The notes under the pieces were generated by a model. That model was not told where the DNA came from. It did not search any database and was given only the letters and a program-made list of their open reading frames with translations. 35,083 nucleotides of DNA from Candidatus Izemoplasmatales bacterium (GTDB lineage: Bacteria > Bacillota_I > Bacilli_A > Izemoplasmatales > Hujiaoplasmataceae). The DNA lies in contig JBFXGX010000015.1 in NCBI GenBank assembly GCA_050177605.1, positions 1-35,083 of the forward strand, written 5' to 3'. This document shows, piece by piece, positions 1-8,760 of the stretch (within the stretch, counting starts at the first letter, position 1; each line of letters starts with the position of its first letter). The translations under genes were made by a program, and so were the position numbers.

Positions 1-126
1 TATAAGTAATATTTGAATAACTTTCTTTTTTAAAACAAGTTTTTTTAAGCATGTCTTTTTATTAAGTTTTAAATCACTTTTATGTGATTTTTTTATTTTT
101 TATCTCTTGACATACTTACCGGTTGC

Positions 127-1926
127 TTATTCAACAGTGACTGATTTTGCTAGGTTTCTTGGTTTATCAATATCTTTATTCAAATCTAAAGCTGAATAAA
201 AAGCAATTAATTGCGTTGGAATAACCGTAAGCATCGGTGATAAGATTTCATGTACATCCATGAGGACAATTTCATCTGTAACCTCAGAAACATCATTTAA
301 AGAAATTGTAATCACTTCAGCACCACGAGATAACACTTCGCGGATGTTCGATCTTGTATTGTTATTGATATTACGTTGAGAAATAATTGCAATCACTGGA
401 ACACCATCTTCTATTAGTGCTATTGTTCCATGTTTTAACTCTCCAGCCGCAAAACCTTCTGTTTGGATATAAGAAATTTCTTTTAGTTTGAGAGCAGCTT
501 CAAGACAAGTATAAAAGTCTAAACCTCTACCAATATAAAAACAATTACGTTTTGTTATTTTTTCTTTCACTAATTGATGAATATATTCTCTTTTATCGAT
601 AATCGCTTCCATTGCGACTGCCAATTTTGATAATTCAACTTGTAGATCAAACGTCTTCTTTGATGCAATAGTATAAGCCAAAATGGATAAAATTGCCACT
701 TGACCGACATAGGCTTTTGTCGAAGCAACAGCAATTTCTGGACCAGCAAAGATTTCAATATAAGCATCGGCTTCTCTGGCTAACGTTGATGTTGGAACAT
801 TTGTAATCGTTAGTGTTGGATACCCTTGTTCTTTCACATTGACAAGACAAGCACGTAAATCAGCTGTTTCACCTGATTGTGAAATAAAGATAAATAATGG
901 GTTATCTTCTAAAAGCGGCATATTGTAGGCAAATTCAGAAGCAATAAATACTTCAGTATGTTTTTTGGATATGTGTTCAAAATAATGTTTGCCAACAAAA
1001 CCTGCATGCATACTAGTTCCTGCCGCAATAATATAGATTCGTTTTGCATCTTCAAGCATTTTCTTGATGTATGGTTGAATTACAAACTCATCATCAATCA
1101 TATATTTTGATACTATTTTACGGATAACAGAAGGTTGTTCACAGATTTCTTTTAACATGTAATGAGAATATCCACCTTTTCCAATCTCTTCAAGCACCAT
1201 ATTCATTTCTAGTGGCTGAATAGAGATTGGTTTCCCAATAATATCGTACATTTCATAAGTGTAGGTGTCATTCGTCTTCTTAATGACAGTAAAGGTTTTA
1301 TCATCAATCGGATAATATGCTTCCGCATGGCCAACGAGGGCCATTACATCGGAAGCTAACGACATACCGTTTTTCGACATACCAATCAGTAAAGGAGATT
1401 TATTCTTGGCTGCATATATTTTATCTGGAGTCGTCGTATCAAGGATAAGTAAAGCATAAGATCCTTCGATGAGTGATAACGTCTTACGAATGGCTTCTTC
1501 AACTGATAATTCGTTCGTGAAAAATTCTATCAAATTAGCAATCACTTCAGTATCTGTTTCGCTAATAAATTTTAATTCAGGAAGATATTTAGCAACTAAT
1601 TCTTTATAGTTTTCAATCACACCATTGTGAACAATAAAAAATCGTTTTGACAACGAGTAATGTGGATGAGAATTGATTTGATTTGGCTTTCCATGCGTTG
1701 CCCATCTTGTGTGACCAATTGCTAGATGATTTACCATGCTGTAATCAAAGTCATTCACGAGATGAGCGACTCTTCCTTTGTCTTTATACATGATAAAATC
1801 ATTGGCCGATTGATCAAACAAACAAATGCCGCATGAATCATATCCCCGATATTCTAATTTCTCAAGCCCAGATAAAATAATATCAGACGCTTGATTATTT
1901 CCTAAGTAACCTACAATTCCGCACAT
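127..1926 (-). CDS. glmS: Glutamine--fructose-6-phosphate transaminase (isomerizing)
   Basis: N-terminal MCGIVG with catalytic Cys, EYRGYDS, GHTRWATHG, SQSGET, VASTKAY and C-terminal DKPRNLAKSVTVE. Start moved to ATG 1926, behind GGGGGA at 1931-1936. Confidence 0.97.
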   Translation of the reverse strand: MCGIVGYLGNNQASDIILSGLEKLEYRGYDSCGICLFDQSANDFIMYKDKGRVAHLVNDFDYSMVNHLAIGHTRWATHGKPNQINSHPHYSLSKRFFIVHNGVIENYKELVAKYLPELKFISETDTEVIANLIEFFTNELSVEEAIRKTLSLIEGSYALLILDTTTPDKIYAAKNKSPLLIGMSKNGMSLASDVMALVGHAEAYYPIDDKTFTVIKKTNDTYTYEMYDIIGKPISIQPLEMNMVLEEIGKGGYSHYMLKEICEQPSVIRKIVSKYMIDDEFVIQPYIKKMLEDAKRIYIIAAGTSMHAGFVGKHYFEHISKKHTEVFIASEFAYNMPLLEDNPLFIFISQSGETADLRACLVNVKEQGYPTLTITNVPTSTLAREADAYIEIFAGPEIAVASTKAYVGQVAILSILAYTIASKKTFDLQVELSKLAVAMEAIIDKREYIHQLVKEKITKRNCFYIGRGLDFYTCLEAALKLKEISYIQTEGFAAGELKHGTIALIEDGVPVIAIISQRNINNNTRSNIREVLSRGAEVITISLNDVSEVTDEIVLMDVHEILSPMLTVIPTQLIAFYSALDLNKDIDKPRNLAKSVTVE

Positions 1927-1966
1927 ATGTTCCCCCATAAAGATGTATTGATTTTATGATAAATAG

Positions 1967-1995
1967 ATTATACCACTTTGTCGTTTTTGTTTCAA
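1967..1995 (-). promoter_or_regulatory. Sigma-70/SigA-type promoter of glmS
   Basis: Minus strand TTGAAA (1995-1990), 17-nt spacer, TATAAT (1972-1967), with TG extended -10. Confidence 0.75.
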
Positions 1996-2059
1996 TGACA
2001 AAATCGTCATTTAAAAAGGATGATAATTGATAAATTATCTTGACAATTGATTTCAAGTT

Positions 2060-2791
2060 TTAATACGATTCCTTTTTTGACCATAATAATAGATTTGTAA
2101 AAAGAAAAATGACATATAAAAATAGATAATTTAACCATTGCCCATTTTCCGCTATATCGGTAGGATAAATAGGCATTAATTCATGGAGATAACGAAGTAA
2201 ATCGTTCGGGCTACTAGTACTATCTTGCACATAAAGTTCAGTGTACCAGTATACTAAAATTAAAGGAATCATTGAAACGAAATGATTGAAAAACAACATT
2301 AATAATTCACTTAAAAGTGACATAAAAATAACTTGGAGTAATGTTATTAAGATATCACTACTAATTGAAGAAATTGTGATTGCATAAGGAAGAAAAAGTG
2401 ATGGAATAATCCAAATGATGAGATAGAGATGGAATACTGAGCTTATTTGTGCAAATAGAATGAATACTCTTTTTGTAAAGAAAAACTGCGTTTGTTGCTT
2501 GATTGAGGTGATCATCACTAGATAATAACGATTTTTATCAGTTTGATAGGCTACAAATACAATAAATATGCTATAGATTACAGCTATTATTTTAGCAAAT
2601 TCTAGACATACTCCCAAGTAACTTGACTTGAAAAACAGCGGATTTTTGTCAAGCGTTGAAAATTCAAAGTGATTCGATCCAACATACAAAAAAAGGATTC
2701 CTAAAGAGAGTAGAAAGAATAACTCTGTAATCCTTTGCTTTCTGGGGAATAAATAAATAAAATGATGATACATCAATCTTAAGAAGGCCAT
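2060..2791 (-). CDS. Multi-pass membrane protein, probable ABC-2-type permease
   Basis: About 6 hydrophobic segments; start overlaps the end of the ABC ATPase gene. Confidence 0.7.
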   Translation of the reverse strand: MAFLRLMYHHFIYLFPRKQRITELFFLLSLGILFLYVGSNHFEFSTLDKNPLFFKSSYLGVCLEFAKIIAVIYSIFIVFVAYQTDKNRYYLVMITSIKQQTQFFFTKRVFILFAQISSVFHLYLIIWIIPSLFLPYAITISSISSDILITLLQVIFMSLLSELLMLFFNHFVSMIPLILVYWYTELYVQDSTSSPNDLLRYLHELMPIYPTDIAENGQWLNYLFLYVIFLFTNLLLWSKKESY

Positions 2792-3387
2792 ATGTTTCCT
2801 GCTCTGATTGAATAGATTTTTTTTGATTTTAGTAATTTGTAGTCATTGATATGACTTGATATGACGATTACGGTATCCTTCTTGATTGAGTTAAGGAGTT
2901 CACATAAAGTGATTTTTGCTTCTTGGTCAATACCACGGAAGGGTTCATCGAGAAATAGAACTTGAGGAGTATGAATCATCGCTTGAAGCAAATTCAATTT
3001 TTGTTTCATTCCATGAGATAGTTTTCGGATGAGTTGATCTTGATAGTCTTTAAGATGAAAGATGTCCATATAATGAGAGATTATTTTTTTATTTGCACGC
3101 TTTAATCGTCCGAGAGAGTATAGAAACTCATAAATTGTTAAATGTTCAGGTAAACAATAATTTTCTGGGGCATAACCAATCTTTGTATAAGGAAGAGTAA
3201 TTTTCCCTTGATAATGGACTAATCCCATCATACATTTAATCAATGTTGATTTTCCGCTTCCATTTTCTCCTGTAATGATATGGATATTTCCTTGTTTAAA
3301 AGTAATGGATAACTTTTCAAGTATATATTTAGCTTTGTACTTCTTTTCCAGATTTTCAATAATAATACCTGGTGATTTTGATGTCAT
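2779..3387 (-). CDS. ABC transporter ATP-binding protein (exporter/immunity-type)
   Basis: Walker A GENGSGKST, signature LSHGMKQK, Walker B LFLDEP, H-loop SSH. ATG 3387 lies 7 nt after AAGGAG. Confidence 0.92.
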   Translation of the reverse strand: MTSKSPGIIIENLEKKYKAKYILEKLSITFKQGNIHIITGENGSGKSTLIKCMMGLVHYQGKITLPYTKIGYAPENYCLPEHLTIYEFLYSLGRLKRANKKIISHYMDIFHLKDYQDQLIRKLSHGMKQKLNLLQAMIHTPQVLFLDEPFRGIDQEAKITLCELLNSIKKDTVIVISSHINDYKLLKSKKIYSIRAGNIWPS

Positions 3388-4267
3388 TTTCAATCTCCTT
3401 TAAATTTCCACTTGGTAAAGATTTATAAATAAAATCATCGATAATCATTGATTCCACAGTTTCGTTTATTCGATACGTAACGATCATTGGAAATCTCCGA
3501 AGTAATAGATTCGATTGGTTGATAATTGGTAAATATAATACAAGATCCTCATTAGGATTTACAATAATGGAAGAATCATTATAGCTATTAAGCTCATTCC
3601 CTACAAGTTCATCTTCATTTTGGTATCTCAAATCTTTTACTTCTACAATATGCAATCGATCAATCGTTGAAGCGACTAAATCTAGACGAATATCAAGAAT
3701 TTCGATTTGAGCATTCATTGTATAAAGGTGAATAATCATACCCGCAATTTGATCCTCTAGAAGACTCTTTTTAATTGCGTAAATATTTGTAAATGAAAGA
3801 CTTGATGATTCAAGTTCAGATTTGAAATGTATCATTAAATTTCCATAGGGTATTTTTATGAATTTCCCATTTTGATAATGAATCTCTAAATAGAGATGCT
3901 CAAACGGAATCGTGATGTCGTCTATCCATATTTCATCGAATGAGACTTCAATCACGAGATGATAATAGCTTTCATCATAAAATTCAGTTACAGTGTCACT
4001 TACTTCTGAAAATTGGATATCAACTTGATAAGTAGTATCAAGTGAAGATAGATAACTTTCGGACACTTCATCATTCGAAAACAAAAATGTATCACTTTTG
4101 CTTGTAAATAAATCAAATTTGAGTGTTTCGCTCGGAAAAAGGATCAATGATTTCTCTTCTTGAATCGAAAGCATTGTGATTTCGTCTTCTTTGTTCTTTG
4201 GAATCAATAAGATTAAGAGCGCTAAGAGTAGGTAAAATCCAATGATAATCAACAGTCCTTTTTTCAT
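3356..4267 (-). CDS. Hypothetical protein with an N-terminal membrane anchor and a beta-rich, acidic extracellular region
   Basis: MKKG followed by a ~19-aa hydrophobic helix; ATGA overlap with the upstream gene; 303-aa ORF. Confidence 0.8.
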   Translation of the reverse strand: MKKGLLIIIGFYLLLALLILLIPKNKEDEITMLSIQEEKSLILFPSETLKFDLFTSKSDTFLFSNDEVSESYLSSLDTTYQVDIQFSEVSDTVTEFYDESYYHLVIEVSFDEIWIDDITIPFEHLYLEIHYQNGKFIKIPYGNLMIHFKSELESSSLSFTNIYAIKKSLLEDQIAGMIIHLYTMNAQIEILDIRLDLVASTIDRLHIVEVKDLRYQNEDELVGNELNSYNDSSIIVNPNEDLVLYLPIINQSNLLLRRFPMIVTYRINETVESMIIDDFIYKSLPSGNLKEIENDIKITRYYY

Positions 4268-4899
4268 GAGAGTTTATCCTTGATAATCTCATAATATTCG
4301 GTTGTGACAGTAAATGTCTCCCATCCTCCTTTTTTCATTTCGATCCAGCAGAAATAGTACTTTGCGACACCATTCGACAACTCTCCTGTCCCTCTCGTTA
4401 CAATCGTTACATAAGTATTAGGATCAACGATGACATAAAATTCATAGGTCTCACTCGTAGTCGTGTTTTTTGTATAGGAAATGGATGCTTTTATATCCGC
4501 GTCGAGTGTTCCTTTAAACTGTTTTACATCACCTTTAACAGAAACATCAACTTCACCTGAAGCACTGATTTGATACTTCGTTTCTTCTTTTGTCGTGAGA
4601 GTAATATTATGTTTTATAGTCGAATAGCCATCATTCACGATTCTTAGTTTTGTTTCAGAGATAAATTCAAGTGTTTCGTTTTTATTGACAACACAAAGCT
4701 TCCATCCGACAAATCTTTTAGTCGTAATCAAATCATAATAATCATCATACTCTTCATCACTGAATTCCTTCAATAATTTGGCATTATCGTTATCAAATAC
4801 AATTTCTTGATAAGTACCATACTCCTCTGCATAAAGATAGTTTTTAGGATAGAAGACTGAAAAGAACAAAAACAGAACCATAATTAGTAATTTTTTCAT
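4264..4899 (-). CDS. Secreted hypothetical protein with an aerolysin/ETX-MTX2-like beta-hairpin pattern
   Basis: ATG 4899 after GGAGG (4912-4908). Signal peptide MKKLLIMVLFLFFSVFYPKNYLYA/EE. Alternating hairpin flanked by Ser/Thr-rich strands and VIVDPNT. The CDS is secure; the fold assignment is pattern-based. Confidence 0.6.
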   Translation of the reverse strand: MKKLLIMVLFLFFSVFYPKNYLYAEEYGTYQEIVFDNDNAKLLKEFSDEEYDDYYDLITTKRFVGWKLCVVNKNETLEFISETKLRIVNDGYSTIKHNITLTTKEETKYQISASGEVDVSVKGDVKQFKGTLDADIKASISYTKNTTTSETYEFYVIVDPNTYVTIVTRGTGELSNGVAKYYFCWIEMKKGGWETFTVTTEYYEIIKDKLS

Positions 4900-4944
4900 A
4901 AAAAAAACCTCCATTTTTACCAATATTACGTAAAAAGAGAGGTT
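4900..4944 (-). terminator. Terminator-like hairpin overlapping the patatin stop codon and the downstream RBS
   Basis: mRNA AACCUCUCUUUUUAC, 9-nt loop, GUAAAAAUGGAGGUU (14 of 15 pairs including one G-U), then a U-run and AUG. Confidence 0.55.
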
Positions 4945-5752
4945 ATTCTTTATTCTTTGCCTTAAAATACTCCAATGTATCTAAATAGCCACGTTCAAAT
5001 AAATCTTTTGACCTTTCACCGTCAAACTTCAGAAGGCTTCCAAGATTATGTTTTGGTTTGATCTCATCAAACACAACATCAGGAAACTTCTTTGGATCAA
5101 AGGTGTGAATTCGATGTAAATGGACGATAATCACATGATCACATCCGTTTTCAACGAGGGGTGTCACTGGGACGTTATCATAGACACCACCATCATAAAA
5201 TTGATGACTTTCAGATCTGGTTGGGGCAAAAGCAATCGGTATTGAACAACTCGCAATAATTTGTTTATAAATAGATAAATCATCAATACTATCTTTCGTA
5301 TTTGCATAAATGACTTTTTTTTCTTTTTTGACATAATGTTGGTAACTTGATTTGATTAATCCAAAGATTCCTTCTAAAGAAGCACCACCTTCAGAAAGAG
5401 TAACATAGACTTCTTTTTGTTTCAATTTTTGGACATCAAGATGCAATTTTAGTAGATTTTCCAACTCATGAATATCAAATAAACCAACCTGTTTGAATTC
5501 CATTTTCTCTTCGATGATTTTTTTAAATATTCCTTCAGTTCTCTTTAACATATCTGGAGAGATTGAAAACCAGATATCTTTCAACTTTTCTATCGGCATT
5601 GTCGCGATTAAACTAGCATTTACGCTACCAATACTCGTGCCGGAAAAAGCCTCAATATTCGATAAAATATTAAGTTCTTCTAATGCTTTCATCGCTCCAA
5701 CTTGGTAAGCGCCACGTGCACCACCACCGGAAAGACATAATCCTAGTTTCAT
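4943..5752 (-). CDS. Patatin-like phospholipase
   Basis: LSGGGARG oxyanion loop, GTSIG nucleophile motif, DGG catalytic Asp motif. Confidence 0.93.
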   Translation of the reverse strand: MKLGLCLSGGGARGAYQVGAMKALEELNILSNIEAFSGTSIGSVNASLIATMPIEKLKDIWFSISPDMLKRTEGIFKKIIEEKMEFKQVGLFDIHELENLLKLHLDVQKLKQKEVYVTLSEGGASLEGIFGLIKSSYQHYVKKEKKVIYANTKDSIDDLSIYKQIIASCSIPIAFAPTRSESHQFYDGGVYDNVPVTPLVENGCDHVIIVHLHRIHTFDPKKFPDVVFDEIKPKHNLGSLLKFDGERSKDLFERGYLDTLEYFKAKNKE

Positions 5753-5760
5753 AGTATCAC

Positions 5761-6891
5761 CTAATAGGGCCTTTTCTTATTTTCAAAAAAGACTTCATTA
5801 ATCGTACCGCCGCCAAGACATATATCCTTATCATAAAAAACACAGGCTTGTCCAGGTGTTACCGCACGAACAAGTTCTTTAAATTGAACGTGAATACGAT
5901 CTTCATCTATCCAAGTAATACTCACTGGAACATCTGCTTGTCGATATCTAAATTTAGCAGTTATATCCATTGTACCTACAAATCGATCCTTTGGAATCCA
6001 ATTGACATCTTCAACTGTACATTCATCGCTAAATAACTGTGGATGGTCAATACCTTGACCAACAAATAGCGTGTTGGTCGATAATTCTTTTCCAATGACA
6101 AACCATGGGTTATTGTCATATTTCTTACTACCACCAATTCTTAGTCCTTTTCTCTGGCCGATGGTATAGTACATTAGTCCTTGATGTTGTCCCACGATAT
6201 CTCCACTGAGCGTTTTCATTGGTCCTTCTTGGTTCTTTAAATAGTTTGATAAGAATTGACTGAATCGTCTTTCTCCAATAAAACAAATACCGGTTGAATC
6301 CTTTTTCTTTGCGACAGGTAAATTGGCTTCTAAAGCAATTCTTCTTACCTCTGGTTTAATAATGTCTCCCACTGGAAAAAGTGTTTTAGAAAGCTGTTCT
6401 TGTGTAAGTTGACATAGAAAATAGGATTGATCTTTATTGGTATCAACACCCCGCAATAACATATGTTCTTCCCCATGGATGACTCTTGCATAATGACCCA
6501 TTGCTATATAGTCAGCGCCATAGGAAAGCGCAACTTCAAGAAAACTTTTAAATTTGATATATTTATTGCATAAAATATCCGGATTTGGGGTTCTTCCTCT
6601 TCGATATTCATCTAAAAAGTAGGTAAAAACATCATCCCAATATTCTTCAATAAAGTCATGACGATGTAATTTAATGCCAAGTTGATTTGCGACTGCTAAA
6701 GCATCATTATAATCTTTTTCTTGCGGGCAAATATCACTATCAAAATCAGGATTTCCTAAAAAATCCTGGTTCGTTGTACTATCCCAATTTCTCATAAATA
6801 GACCTTCTACTTCATACCCTTGTTTCAGTAAAAGTAACGCAGCAACGCTTGAATCGACGCCACCACTCAGTCCTACAATTACTTTTGCCAA
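5761..6891 (-). CDS. mnmA: tRNA 2-thiouridine(34) synthase
   Basis: SGGVDS PP-loop, TPNPDILCN, MGHYAR, KDQSYFL, DSTGICFIG, TPGQ. TTG start after AGGTGA. Confidence 0.97.
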   Translation of the reverse strand: MAKVIVGLSGGVDSSVAALLLLKQGYEVEGLFMRNWDSTTNQDFLGNPDFDSDICPQEKDYNDALAVANQLGIKLHRHDFIEEYWDDVFTYFLDEYRRGRTPNPDILCNKYIKFKSFLEVALSYGADYIAMGHYARVIHGEEHMLLRGVDTNKDQSYFLCQLTQEQLSKTLFPVGDIIKPEVRRIALEANLPVAKKKDSTGICFIGERRFSQFLSNYLKNQEGPMKTLSGDIVGQHQGLMYYTIGQRKGLRIGGSKKYDNNPWFVIGKELSTNTLFVGQGIDHPQLFSDECTVEDVNWIPKDRFVGTMDITAKFRYRQADVPVSITWIDEDRIHVQFKELVRAVTPGQACVFYDKDICLGGGTINEVFFENKKRPY

Positions 6892-6899
6892 TCTATCAC

Positions 6900-8756
6900 C
6901 TATCTCTTAACATCGGAAGGCATTCTAAAATCACTACGTGGAGAAAGCGCATAATCTAGTACTTTTGGACTATCTGGGCTTGCTTGTCTCTTGTATTGTT
7001 GAGAATAAAACCTTTTTAAAAAATTTGTTACATAATCATCTAATTTTGAAGATTCAATATCAAAAACTTTTGGTAAGAGGAAACGAAGTCGCTCCTCATT
7101 ATCGCCACAAACTAAAAATCGATATAGAATAAAATCGTTGACTTCATACTTGCCAATGAGACTTTCCGTTGATTGATTCGAACGGAGTTCAGGCGTAATT
7201 GGCGTTGCTAAGATATCATATAGGCATTCTTTGATTGAATCATTGAAGAAATGATCTGCATACATTTGAATCATAAAACGCACGAGCGTCTTCGGAACAC
7301 CGCCATTGACGTTATACATTGACATTTGGTCACCGTTATATGTCGACCAACCGAGGGCAATTTCTGATAAATCCCCTGTTCCTAAAACAATACCTTGGAC
7401 TTGATTAGCCATATTCATTAAAATCATCGTTCTAGCTCTTGCTTGAGCATTCTCATAGGTAATGTCTTCAGTCACAGTATCATGTTTTAATAAAGAAAGA
7501 TGTTCTTTTACATGATCAGTAATATCAATTTCTTCGTTATGAACCCCTAAATAGCGCATTAATTCATGCGCATTATCTTTTGTTCTTTTCGTTGTCGCAA
7601 AAGCTGGCATGGTCACAGCGTAGATTCCTTTTCGATCTAGTTTTAATTGATCAAATACGCGACAAGCGACTAATAATGCTAAACTAGAGTCTAGTCCTCC
7701 AGAAACACCAATCACGATTGATTTGAGTCCTAAATGTTCTAAACGCTTTGCTAATCCGAACTCTTGAATTGATGCAATTTTTAGAAAGTCGGTATAATTA
7801 TTATTCTTTGGAACAAATGGTAAATCATAAATCTTTGAAGAAAAATCAAATGTATTTGATTCTCTTAGTTCAAAAGGTACGGTTTGATAATTATATCTGT
7901 ATTTAAGTATTGAATCGCGGTAACTTGAATTGTTTCTACGTTCATAGGAAAGTCTAAGCAAATCGATATCTGCATAAAGAATCTCTGTATTGAGCGAAAA
8001 TTTCTCTGTCTCAGTAATTAATGATCCATTTGATGCAACGATATTATGTCCAGAAAAAACAGTCTCAGAAGTCGATTCAGACGCGCCAGCACTTGTATAA
8101 ATATAAACGCCTGAATTTTTTCTTGAATGTTCAAGTACGGCATTTTTACGAATCAAATCTTTTCCTAATGTTTCATTTGAAGCACTAATATTAATGATAA
8201 CATTCGCCCCATTCACACTTAACAGATTTCCTGGAGTAATTGTTGCCCACATATCTTCACAAATCTCTACACCAAAATGAATTTCATCAAATTTAAAGAT
8301 GAGATTTCCAAAGGGAACCTCTTGTCCACTATAGTTGATTGAATGAATATGTTCGACAACATCAAATCCAGATTTAAACCATCTTTTTTCATAATATTCT
8401 TTGGTATTTGGTAAATAAAATTTAGGTACAATTCCTAAAATTTTATTTTTTTGAACGACAAATGCGGTATTTAATACCATATCTTCTATAACAAGAGGTA
8501 ATCCACACACGACGATTCCTTCATAGGTATTGTTTTCTAAGAAATAATTCATAGCCGTTTCAACATCATCAAATAAGGACTTATGGAAAAAAAGATCGTT
8601 ACAAGTATAGGCGCTGACTCCAAGCTCAGGAAAAACAGCAATTGAACTAGGATTGTTTTCAAGTGCTTTTAACATTTCTTTTACATTAAATTTTGGATTT
8701 CCTACTTGTAGTTTTGGGGAAATGAGACTTACTTTTAAAAAGCCATGTTTATACAT
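6900..8756 (-). CDS. nadE: Glutamine-dependent NAD+ synthetase
   Basis: Nitrilase-type domain (FPEL, PKFYLPN..YYEKRWF, EICED) followed by a synthetase domain (GVSGGLDS, ENAQARAR, GTGDLSE, YNGD). Confidence 0.95.
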   Translation of the reverse strand: MYKHGFLKVSLISPKLQVGNPKFNVKEMLKALENNPSSIAVFPELGVSAYTCNDLFFHKSLFDDVETAMNYFLENNTYEGIVVCGLPLVIEDMVLNTAFVVQKNKILGIVPKFYLPNTKEYYEKRWFKSGFDVVEHIHSINYSGQEVPFGNLIFKFDEIHFGVEICEDMWATITPGNLLSVNGANVIINISASNETLGKDLIRKNAVLEHSRKNSGVYIYTSAGASESTSETVFSGHNIVASNGSLITETEKFSLNTEILYADIDLLRLSYERRNNSSYRDSILKYRYNYQTVPFELRESNTFDFSSKIYDLPFVPKNNNYTDFLKIASIQEFGLAKRLEHLGLKSIVIGVSGGLDSSLALLVACRVFDQLKLDRKGIYAVTMPAFATTKRTKDNAHELMRYLGVHNEEIDITDHVKEHLSLLKHDTVTEDITYENAQARARTMILMNMANQVQGIVLGTGDLSEIALGWSTYNGDQMSMYNVNGGVPKTLVRFMIQMYADHFFNDSIKECLYDILATPITPELRSNQSTESLIGKYEVNDFILYRFLVCGDNEERLRFLLPKVFDIESSKLDDYVTNFLKRFYSQQYKRQASPDSPKVLDYALSPRSDFRMPSDVKR

Positions 8757-8760
8757 CTAT

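Noticed and set aside
71..135. AAATCAC-N6-GTGATTT hairpin and a plus-strand TTGACA (107-112) downstream of glmS
   Set aside because: The stem is weak with its T-run on the wrong strand for glmS termination, TTGACA has no properly spaced -10, and the window edge removes context.
4943..5752. Patatin as a CBASS or other anti-phage effector
   Set aside because: No CD-NTase or other defence gene is nearby; nadD and nadE look like ordinary housekeeping enzymes.
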